Positions 7,686 through 19,600 of a DNA stretch of 64,000 nucleotides are shown piece by piece; positions within the stretch are counted from its first letter, which is position 1; each line of letters opens with the position of its first letter. A program made the position numbers and the translations under genes. Under the pieces are notes generated by a model. It made no database searches. It saw nothing but the letters and a program-made list of their open reading frames with translations, and had not been told where the DNA came from. The DNA comes from Candidatus Uhrbacteria bacterium RIFCSPLOWO2_01_FULL_47_25 (GTDB lineage: Bacteria; Patescibacteriota; Patescibacteriia; GWA2-46-9): the NCBI GenBank assembly GCA_001791325.1, contig MGEK01000004.1, positions 8,566-72,565 of the forward strand, given 5' to 3'.

Positions 7686-10600
7686 TTGGTGAAAATGTCT
7701 AAATTATTGGGGGCAAAAAAAAGAAAAAACCCCGCACATCACGGACGCAATAAGCCAGTGGCGCGGGGCCAAAGACAAGAAACTCGCGCAAAAAAACGCC
7801 TCAAAGAACGTGTTTTGGGCGTTATTCAGCGTCAGGTCAAATTAAGGGAACTAAAAGTTTTGGCGCGGCGCGGCGTCATAGGTACGGTAGTGGTCGTTTT
7901 GTTTATTTCCAGTCTTTTTGTCAGAGCCGAGCCCAATCCGTTGCTTGTTCATGAAGTAATTTATCCGCAGTCTTGCCGTGGCACTTGGCAGGGGATGAAT
8001 AATATTTTTACGCAGGAGCTTGATGCCAGAGCCGAGGCCGATGATTTTAATAAGACCAATAGCGCCATGCCCGCCTTGGGCGAACCAACTGTTGCGGCAG
8101 TGCCGGGCAAGGAAGAGTACAACGCTTTCACGGTGTCATTGCCAATTCTTGACCAGCAGTCAAATGTTGATACGTTGATGGATCAGCCGTCAGATACAGA
8201 TCAGGATTTACAATTGATTATTCCACCCATTATTCCTTCTCAAGAGGAGTCGCCCGTTGAAAACGCGCCTTCTCAAAATACACCCATTGAAGATAATGAC
8301 AATAATAGTGAAAATAAGAGTTTAGAAAACGCTCCTTCAGAACAAGTTCTTGGGGAAGAGGACAAAGCAGATGATTCCAGTCAGCCGGTAACAGACGAAC
8401 AGCTGTCAACGGAGAAATCCAATGAGGAACAGGAACAGCCGTTATCGCCACCCTCACAACCTCAACCCCAAGAGCCGCTAGATACTCAATTATTTCCAGA
8501 ACCTGAAACAAAGCCATTGGCGCCACCCGACGATACGTTGCCAATGCCGACAGAACCGCCGGCAACAGAACCGTCAGGAGCGGAACCGTCGTCAACAGAC
8601 CAGCCGATAATCAATTTCAACAATTTGTTGGATAAACTGATTAATAAAGCTTTGGCCGAGGAAGACGCTATCCTGAATACAGATACCAACGCGAGTACGG
8701 CAGATACAAATGGCGCCGAAACTAAAGTTGATTCTAATAGCGAGGCAGACGGCTTTAGTGTTGAAGACATAGTGAAATCAGTGGCGGAAAAGATTGGAGA
8801 TATTGTTAGCGATTCTGCCGATAAGGTGAGTGAAATCATCGCGCCAATTACGGCGGAGCCAGTGGATATACAAAATTTAACACCCGGCACCCCGTCCCTA
8901 GAAACAAAACCGGAGGCTGAAGATTCGCCGTCTTTGCTCGGCACTTTATTTGATGCGGTGGGGCAGGCAATATCTGCAATTACGGATTTAATTTCGCCAT
9001 TGCCGCCGTCAGTTTTAGAGGCTCCATCATTCGCGATACAGGATAGTAATATCTTAAAAACGGAAAATGGCACAATGGCCTGTGCAGACTTCACCCCTCC
9101 TGCCACCACGCAAATTGAACAGGCGTCGCTCGGTCTATCATATACTTTAAAAGATCAATCGCCATTGCCAAACGAGCAGTCTGGATTTCTATGGGCTGAA
9201 TATACTCAAGATAGACAGAATTGGATGATATTAAGTTCCATTGAAGACACGAACTCATCAGTTGAATCGGCTTATCATTTATTTAATTTTCCTCCCGACT
9301 TTGACGCTGGACGCATAAGCGAGACCATTGTTCGTTTGCGCTGGTTTGGCAAATATGATGAGCCGGAAATTTTTATAGATAGTTTATGGCTAGATGTTGC
9401 TCGCCTTGGCGACAGTGAGCAGGAAAAGCCTTCGGAATTAAAAACCGCTAAAAAAGATTTTGCCGCTTTTGAGGACCCGGTTTTTAATTTAAGCTTTGAT
9501 CCGCAAGTGCCCCTATCAGCAAAGAGAGGCGTCATATTTGATAACAGCCAGTCGCAATCAATCATAGAAAAGTATAAAGAAAGATATAAGCAGTGGCTGG
9601 AATCATGGGCGAATTTTATTATTCAAAAACCATTGTCATTCGCGCGTAACGCGCTGGCGCAATCTCCGTCGGCTGATCAAGCGACGCCAAACGACGCGGC
9701 TCTATGGCATGAGACTAATCTGGATATTTCCGCGCGTCTATTGACTAAGGATTATGGACCCACTGACATTGTTCCAGAATTATTGCGCTTAAATTCCGGG
9801 CAATTCAAAATATCGCTTGCCGCGCGCGCCTTCCGCCCTGGCGCCTATATTTTACAAACAACAATTCAAAAAGGGGAGAGTGTCCAAACCCTAGAACAAG
9901 ATTTCACTTGGGGGGTACTCGTCGTAAATACTGACCAGTCGGTTTATAAAACCGGCGACGAAGCTTCATTCTTCTTTGGGGTCTTGAACGATAAGGGAGA
10001 GACTGCCTGCGACGCGACGCTTGAAGCGAAAATTACGGATCCTGCAGGACAGGCGGTGACACTAGCCACGGCTGACGGCACCATCAAGTCCTCTAGTTCA
10101 TGCGCGAAAAACAGCGTCACTGATACGCCTGACTATGGGGCGACTTATCATACAACCACGGCAGGCACCTATGCACTGGCAGTGACGGCTACGACGGTTG
10201 AGGGGAGCCACACCATCACTGACACTTTTTCAGCACAAGATGACCTTCCGTACCGCGTTCGTCGCAGAGGCGCGAGTCGTATTTATCCTTTGGCCAAGTA
10301 CGAGATGTCAATTGAAGTTACGGCACGCAATGATTTTAAGGGAACTGTTACCGAGCGCGTTCCGTTAGATTTTATTGTCACGCCGTCGTCGAATTTTGTA
10401 ATTACTGCAGTAGAAGACGCCCAAGCATTAACGTGGGATGTTGCGCTTCAAGCAGGAGAGAGCCAAAACTTCACGTACGAGTATAACGCACCTGACATTT
10501 CTCCAGCCATTTTTCATCTGGGAGAATTTTCTTTAACCGCTTCCGGCGCCGATCAGCCGATATTTATTGAACCCAATCAGTGGGAAATAGCGAGCGACGG

Positions 10601-13600
10601 ACTTGACCCAGTTATTATCCACGCGCCAGAGGTGGCGCTCCGTCCAGAAGTGCGCGGAAAGGCCGAGCGATTAGCAAGAGAGGTGCCGCTTCCCGAGAAC
10701 GTTCCGCATCACACCCGTTCAATGGAAGGAAATTTTGAAAGCCGGAAAATGAATAGACCCGTCAGTCTTGCTCTGGCTCGCGAGCAGGTGCCGCCAAACG
10801 CAAAGATTTCTGTTGTTGACGCTTATGGTAAAGAAATTACTGACGGTATCGTAGTAAATACAGAAGAAGATACTATGACCGTGGATATTAACCCCGATGC
10901 TAAAGGTATGCGCCCGGGAAAATATACTCTTTATGTGACGGATCCTGACACCGAAGAAGTGCTGGCTGAACAGGATTACACTTGGGGAGTGTTGGCTTTC
11001 AACCCTGATTATGCCGTGTATCCGCCTAACACAACAGCCAATCTCTCCTTTGGCGTGCTTGATGATGCCGGGCGGGTGCTTTGCGATGCGGCCTTGGTCG
11101 CTATTATTGCCGATCCTAGCGGGAATGAAACAGTGCTTGGCACTGGCGATGGTTCGATACGGGTAAACGAGGAATGCTATCAAATGGAAGATACGCAGAA
11201 ACCAGATTATGAAGCCAACTTTGACACAACTATTCCCGGTATCTATCAAATGACCATCATCGCCAAAAGTAAAAACGGCGAGCGGACGCTCAATGATTCG
11301 TTTTCTGTTGATCCAAACGCCGCGTTTTACCTCAAGCGCACAGGGCCGACCCGCACATATCATCCAGCCACTTACAATTATTCCCTCGACTTTACCGCCA
11401 AAGAGGCTGGCACTTATGACATAACGGAAAAAGTTCCTGCTTCATTTACTATAACGGGTGATGGTTTTACCGTAACCGAACAAGACCAAACAAAAATTTT
11501 ACACTGGCAAGTAACGGCCGTGGCGGGGGAAACTAAAACACTGGCTTATCGTTTCAAAGGACCGCCGCTCTCGCCGTATCTTTTTTTACTGGGAGCGGCG
11601 GAAGTAAAAACATCCAGCCCAAATCAAACATGGGTTGAGCCCAGAGAGTGGATGCTGGCCTCTGACAACGCTTGCTCTTCCGACGTTGATCCTTCTGGAA
11701 ACTGGAATACAGCTGGTTCATGGACCTCATGCGGTGGCGTGGTACCGACGACAACTGACACCGTCGCCATTGTTGACGGCGATACTATCACGATCGACTC
11801 CGCGCCTAATTCTGTCATTTCCGTCAACATCAATCTCGGTGGTACGTTAAATGGCGGCTCGGCGACTCTCAATATCAACAATACCGCCGCATCTGGCACT
11901 TCTTTTACCAATAGCGGTACGTGGACCTCCTCAACCGGCACCGTTAATTTTGGCAGCGACGTTGCGTTAACAATGCTTTCAGGAAGCTTTATTGGTTCTA
12001 ATAATTTCAATAACATTACCCATACTTTTACTCCCACTGCTGCAAGAACATACACCGTGGGCGCGGCAGTTGAGATTGGTGGTAATTGGACGTCAACTCC
12101 GGGGTCTACCAGTAACGCCCGCGATTTAACCATTAATTTAAGTGGAGCAACTACTGTTACTGGGACACTAACTCTTGATGGTCGAGGTTGTAATAATGGC
12201 GCTGCTGATGGCACCGCTTCTACCACGCAATTTTCTACCAATGGCCAGAACTTAACAGTTCGCGCGATAGTTGTTGATGGTATTACGAATGGGGATGGTT
12301 GCCGATTTACCACAGCTAACTCTTCTGTTGTTACGTTTACGGGGACGGGTACTACGACGCTTTTCACTTTAGGTCAGACAGGTAGCACCGCCTTGATGAC
12401 TACCGGGACTACTACTGAATGGGATGTTACTTCCGTGTCAGGCACCCCGACGCTTTTTTCCACTTCCGGGACAACAATTACCGTCCACATTTTAAAAATC
12501 GCTGCCTCCGCAACCATTGTCAACCTTGGCGCAGCCTTTACGATTGACGCCAATTCTGGAAATAAATTATGGATTAATTCTGGCATTTTAAATCAGGAAA
12601 ACAGAACTATTACCGCCGGAGCTAGCGCAACTCTGCAGATTGATTCTGGCGGCACTTTGTGCTTGGGCGGGACAACTGCTTCCACCACGGCTAATTGTGC
12701 GTCAGGCGCGACTCAAGCTACGGCTCAAGCAATGCCTTCGTTTACCACCTATACTTTTGACGCCGCCTCAACCGTTTCCTACCTTTCTAACGCTAACGTC
12801 GTGTTTTCCAGTACCCCGAACTATGGCAACTTAACGCTCAACCCGGTCTTGATCAGCACCAACCGTACCTATACACCTGGAGGAGCCATGACCATTAACG
12901 GTGATTTCACTATCAACCCTAATGAGTCGTTTACCGATACTCCCTCGCTCACCGTCGATCCACTTAATAACTATACCGTGGCCTCTGGTAAAACCACTAC
13001 CATTACGAAGACCAATGCCGCCACTTCTGTTCTTATTCTGCCGTTAGCAGTGAGCCAATACCTGTCAACAGGTAAGTTAGTCATTGCCAGTGGTGGAACA
13101 CTCAATGGTGCTATCAGTTCTGCCACGATTATCATTAAGGACACCGGCGCGGCTTTTACCAATAGCGGCACTTATACTTATGGCCTCACAAAAGTGTCTT
13201 ATACGAACACCACTAGCTCCACTGTGTTAGGCATGACCGGCACCAGTGGCACGAATGGATATTATGATTTAGACATAAATGGCACTGGAGGAACCCATAC
13301 GCTGGGGGCCAACACCACGGCCAATAATGCCACCACCATTACCGCCGGCACCTTAAACACTTCGGCAGCCAGCAGCTTCACTTTGACCACTAGCACCTTG
13401 AGCATCACGGGCGGTCTAACGGCCAATGCCTCGTTTATCAATATAACCGGAGCCGGCGCGGCTTTTACTAAGTCTGGCACATTTACTTATGGTACTTCAA
13501 CAGTTGAATATACTAATGCTACGGGAGCGACTGTTTTGTCTATGAACAATGTTGGCAGCACCAACGCCTATTACACTATTTGGGTTGCCAATGGCTCTCA

Positions 13601-16600
13601 TACTCTCGGAGGGGATATCCGAGTTTATGGCGATTTAGCATCAGTATCTGGCACCCTTTCTGACGCGACTGATAGCGTAACGGTAGTTGGTAGTGTTACT
13701 TGTTTTGCTGCGTTTGCGTGTGGAACCATTACATTTACGGGCGGCACTTTTACCCAGATCGTCGCTGCTAATCAGACTTTTGGCACGAATGCATCAGATA
13801 GTACTATAGATTGGACTTTTAATAACCTGACTTTTGATAGTTCTTCTGGATCAAACACTATTACTTTAGGTAATATAGGTTTGACTGGTACCGGTCAAAT
13901 TATTGTTAATGGAACATTAACAATTGGCACAGGGGGCACAATGACCACTCTGCAGGCTGATACCTATGACCGCATCATTGACGCGAACATCGTGACCATT
14001 ACCTCAAAAGGAATCTTGTTCGCCTCGTCTTCGGCGTTGTTCACCGTTGCCGGAGCATTTACTCATACTTCCGGCGGCACTTTCACTCACAGCAACGGCA
14101 TTGTCACATTTGACGGCACCGCGGCCTTGAATTTTGTAAATAATACAACGACTTTTTATGATGTGGTGGTTGCTACCGGGGTAACAAGAACAATTACCGC
14201 AGGAGCCAGCAATGTTCTTACTATAGCCAATACTCTGACAATTAATGGAACAGGAAGAATGGTCTCATTTTCTTCCGAACAATTGTATCTTACAAAAAAT
14301 GGTGAAACGCCGCTCATTGTGGGCGGGGCAACAGCAGTGAATGGACTAACCCTTGTTGTATATAGGCCAGCTGGCACGGCCACTAACGTCGCCGCCACGA
14401 CTTATAATTACCTCTATATATTACCGACCGCGGCGACGACATTAACCCTTCTCGGCGCAACCACAGTCAACGTCAACCTTTTAGTGACAGGTCCTGGTGC
14501 CGGTATAGTTGCCACTCTGGACACGAATGGCCAAACCCTCAATGTCGTCGGCGCTGTCGTCGCCGGTTTTGGTACACCGGGTGCTGTTATTATAGGCGCG
14601 AGCACAGTGGATGTGGACGGGGATGTATTAATTTGGGATGTTTCCGGAAGCTATATCAGCATGACTTCGGGCAGCTTGAATGTTGGCGGCAACTGGTCTA
14701 ATGGAGCGAATTCAGTCTTTACTGCCGGCACTGGCACCGTTACTTTTGACGCCGCGGACGCCGGTAACACCATCGCCACGGGCGGAACTGACAGTAACCA
14801 TGATTTTTACGATGTCATCTTTGATAATTCAGCCGGCTCTTGGATATTCCAGACAAACGACGTCTTAATCTCCAATAATTTAACCGTCACAAATACATCG
14901 GCCACAGGAGTTAACGCCTCGGTGAATGTGACGGTCAACGGCAGTGTTACTGGAGCGGGTGTAATTAACATTACTAATAGCGTGACCTTTACCCAAAAAG
15001 TGGCAGCCGTCAGTAAGACTTTCGGCACCACCTCTGGTGCCAATGATTGGACATTTTATAACTTAGCCTTTGAAAACTCCTCGGGACCCCGGACCATTGA
15101 TACTAATGGAGGGTCGGGACAAATTATCGTTTCCAATACCCTAACTATTGGTAATGCCGATGATTCCACGGTGACCACTCTTGACAACAACACTACTAAT
15201 GACCGCATCATTGACGCGAACATCGTGACTATTACCTCTAAAGGAAGCTTGACCGCTTCTTCCTCGGCTTTATTCACCATTGCCGGCGATTTCACCAATA
15301 ACGGCACCTTCACGCATAGTAGCGGCACAGTTACTTTTGACGGCGCGAGCGCCAACATTAACATACCAGACGCGGGCATAACATTTTATAAGGTTATTAT
15401 TGATATCAGTAGCCCCAATGCTAAAACCTTAGTGAACGGTGCCACGATTGCCGTGATGACTGTGGCTAACACCCTCACCGTTAATGGCACTGGCGCCTTG
15501 ACTTCCGGAGGAGGCAATGAACAGGTTAAGCTCACCAAAGACGGCGATACCGGAGGAGTGCCTTTAACGGTTGGCGGTGCCACAGCCGTTTCGGGGGTGG
15601 CCGCTTTTATTTACGCTCCGGCCGGCGCCGCCACCACGGTTACCGGAACTACTTACAGCTCTCTTACTATTAACCCTACTGCGGCTACCACGTTGACGTT
15701 AGGCGAGGCTGTCATAACAAGTGGCGCTTTGTATGTCTTTGGTCCCAATAGCACTACCGCCGCCACTCTAAATACAAATAACTACGACCTGACAGTTGGT
15801 GGAGCCTTGTTTGTCGGTGCATGGTATTTGGGTTATGCCGATGGAGTGGTTAATTTGGGAAGCAGTACGGTTACGGTGAGTGGGGACGTTTGGATAATGC
15901 AAGATACGGGATCCGAACTTGATGCCGGCTCATCTACCCTGACGGTTGGCGGAAACTGGGTTTGGTTTTCCGCCTTTAGCTCCGGCGGTATTTTTACGGC
16001 GGGCACGAGTACCGTCAAATTTAATGCCGGTGATGCAGGGAATACCATTGATGCCGGCGCCGGCGCGTTTAACAACGTTATATTTGACAACGCCGCCGGC
16101 TCCTGGACGTTTCAGACCACGGCGGCGACAATTTCTGGAGATCTCACCATGACCGCGGCCACGCAGGTTAACGCTTCGGTTAATGTTACAGTGAACGGCA
16201 ATGTATCGTGCGGTGTGACATGCGGAACGATTAATATCACAAACGCTGTTACGTTTACCCAATCCGTTGACGCGGCTAAGAATTTTGGCACCAGCGTTGT
16301 CGATGACGCAACAGTCTGGACATTTAGCAGTCTGACCTTTACAGCCACTACAGATACCATAACTACTAGCTCCAATGGCACCGGCAATATAAATGTTACT
16401 GGCACCTTAACTATTTCCGGCTCAACTACTCTGGATGCCGGCGATCGTAATTGGGTTCTATCCGGCGCTGGCACGCCCTTCGCGCGAACCGGAACTTTCA
16501 CCGGAAACACATCCACTTTTAATTATACTTCAACCACCGGAGTTGACGCCCTTTCCTCGGCCGCCATGACCGGTTCTAATGCCTACTACAATCTCACTAT

Positions 16601-19600
16601 CAACTCTTCCGGCGACACCTTCACGGCTGGTGTGGCTGTTGCGGCTACTAACAAAGTGCTCGTAACCGCCGGTATCCTTGCCATGGGTGCCAATGCTTTG
16701 ACCGCAGGCTCCACAGGTGTCACTGACTCTGGCCAAATTAGTGTGGCTTCCGGTCATTCTCTAACCTCAAGTGGCACCGTCACCATCGTTAGCTCGGCCG
16801 CAAGTACAGCGAGTTGCCTTGGCGGAACAACCCTGCCGGGGTGCACTGGCGCAGTGGGCACACTCACTTTATCCACTCTTGTTATCGGTGACGGAGCCAC
16901 CACCATGACCACGGCTTTTGGTGGTACCACTCCGAGCATGGCCATTTCTACGCTTCTCAATATCACTACGAACGCCACCTTCACCGCCGGTACGGGAAGT
17001 ACTATTACTTTGTCAGCGGCTGGCACTCCCATTACTCGAGACGGGAACTTCAGATGCGGTACAAGCACGGTTGCTTATACTTCCTCCACCGGAGTTGACG
17101 CCCTGTCTTCGGCCGCCATGACCGGTGACTGCACAACCGGAAACGCCTTCTACAACCTAGTTATAAACGGTACAAACAATTTTCCCGTTACTAACGATAT
17201 TATTGTTACTAATAATTTAACCGTGACGGCAGGGTCACTTACTGGTACAAGCAATGTAACCGCCAACAGTAATGTTGCCTGTGGCGTTACTTGCGGCTCG
17301 ATTACTTTGACCGGCGGCACGTTTCTCCAATCAGTAGGGGATGCCAAAAATTTTGGCACAAATGTAGACGAAGACGATACTTGGACATTTAACAATCTTA
17401 CTTTTACAGCCACCACAGATACCATAACCACGAGTTCCAATGGTACTGGCAACATAAATGTTACTGGCGACTTAACTATTTCCGGCTCAACCACTCTGGA
17501 CGCAGGAGACAGAACATTCGTTTTGTCAGGTAGTTCCGGCTCGCCGTTCGTGAAAACAGGCACTTTCACTTACAATACTTCCACGATTAAATATACTGGT
17601 ACGACAGTAACGGTATTATCTATGACCGGCACCGGTGGTAGTGATGGGTACTATAATCTCACGGTGGACGGCACCGGGCCATTTAACGCCGGCGGAGCAA
17701 TTGTAGCAAATAACGATGTCACGGTAACGTCCGGCACACTGGCTATGGGGGCGAACGCCCTCACAGTGAACGGCGGCGACATCTCGGTCAGCGGTATCTT
17801 CTCGCAAACCGCGGGCAGCGCCACCACAGTTGTCACTACTGGCTCCATTGGAGGCGCGGGTACTACGACCTTTGGCGAGCTTAACATTGGCACTGGTTCA
17901 AGTGACCAAACTACTACGGCTGGCGGCGACTTCACTGTCTCCGGCGTTCTGACCACTGTCTCATCTTCCAGCACCAACAATTTTGACGCTTCTTCTAAGA
18001 CCATCACCCTCTCGGGCACAGGCACGCCGTTTGTGAATAACGAGACGTTTACTTATGGGACTTCCACTATAAAATACACTGGCAGTGATACCACCACAGT
18101 TCTTGCGATGACTGGCACCGGTGGGACAAATGGATATTATAAATTGATAACTCAAGGCACAGGTCCGTTTAACGCTGGCGGAAGTATCACAGCCAACAAC
18201 AATATCAACATTACGAGCGGCACTTTTGCCGTTGGCGGAAACACCTTAATTGGTGCCAATATCACTGTTGACGGCGGTTCGTTGTCGGCAACAACGAGCG
18301 GCGGAAAAATTAAAATTTCCGGCGGCGGAGATTTGTCCGTCACGAGCGGAAGCATTGTTACGGCTGATGTGGCGACCCCGGTTGAAATCACAAGTTCTGA
18401 TACCGCTACGCCAACCTATGTTGGCGTGAGCGTTACTGGCGCTTCCAGTACAATAAATATCCCCGAATTGGATATTGATTATTTAAAGAGCACGGGATTT
18501 GTCGTTGGCGCGAGCGTTACCGTCACGGCCATGGATAAGGTGAGATGGGGCGGGAGCGGTGGAACATGGAATGGACAGGCGGCGGTGGGCGAAGTGCTGT
18601 TAGACGCCACGAGTTTAACTAAGACGCTTGATGGTCATGTTTTTCCAAATACATGGGCGAGCCAAGGCGGTTCTGATTGCAACGTCAGAGCGAATACTGA
18701 TGGTACTGTCACCATGACAAATTTTTCCGGAACATATAGTGGCGAAGACTATGATTGCGATAATGGCGGTACGGTAACATGGGTCAGCGGGCTCTCGATA
18801 GCCGGCACGGTTTATACTGACGAAGGGTCAACTCGTATGACCACTGGACCGACCGTGCGCGTAAAAGTTGATGGAGCAGGGGACTTCAGTGATGTGGCAG
18901 ATACTACCAATTGCCCGGGGAGTAGCCCCTGCGGTGAATACCTTATCACAGGTGTCACTCCTACGGACAGCGGAGCAGTGCTTACGATTTATCTTGATGA
19001 TGAAACAGAGAATGCCACCACTGTCACCATATCGAGCGGCTTGGATTTAACGGGCATAGACCTTTACCAAAATCGTGTCATCGTGCGATACGAAACCGGC
19101 AGCAGTATTACTAATACCAATTTAGACCAATATGACTGGGTTAACGAAGGTGATGCGAATATTGATGGAGACATTGGTTTCCAGGTGACAGCCGGCGCTT
19201 TGACAGTCTCTAAAGACAGAGAACTCCACATCTGGACAGGCAAGACTTTCACGCCGGGCGGAAGCGTTACCACAAATACCGGAGGCAGTGGAGTTGGTGG
19301 AGACGTCCATATTGTGGGAATTTTTACAGCCACGACTACCGAGAGTCATTCGGTCGGCGGCTCCTGGACTGATACTGGCACGTTCAATCCCGCCAGCTCA
19401 ACGGTCACGTTTGCCGCCACCTCTGGCACGAAAACCATCACTTCAACCGGCTCGTCATTTTATAATTTGATTATCAACGGTTCGGGCGGCGAGTTTCAGC
19501 CACAAGACGCCATGGTTGTTACAAACGACCTTACTATAACCGCGGGCACGCTGTCGGGAACGCAAAACGTGACGGTTAACGGCCATGCTGTAGGTACCGC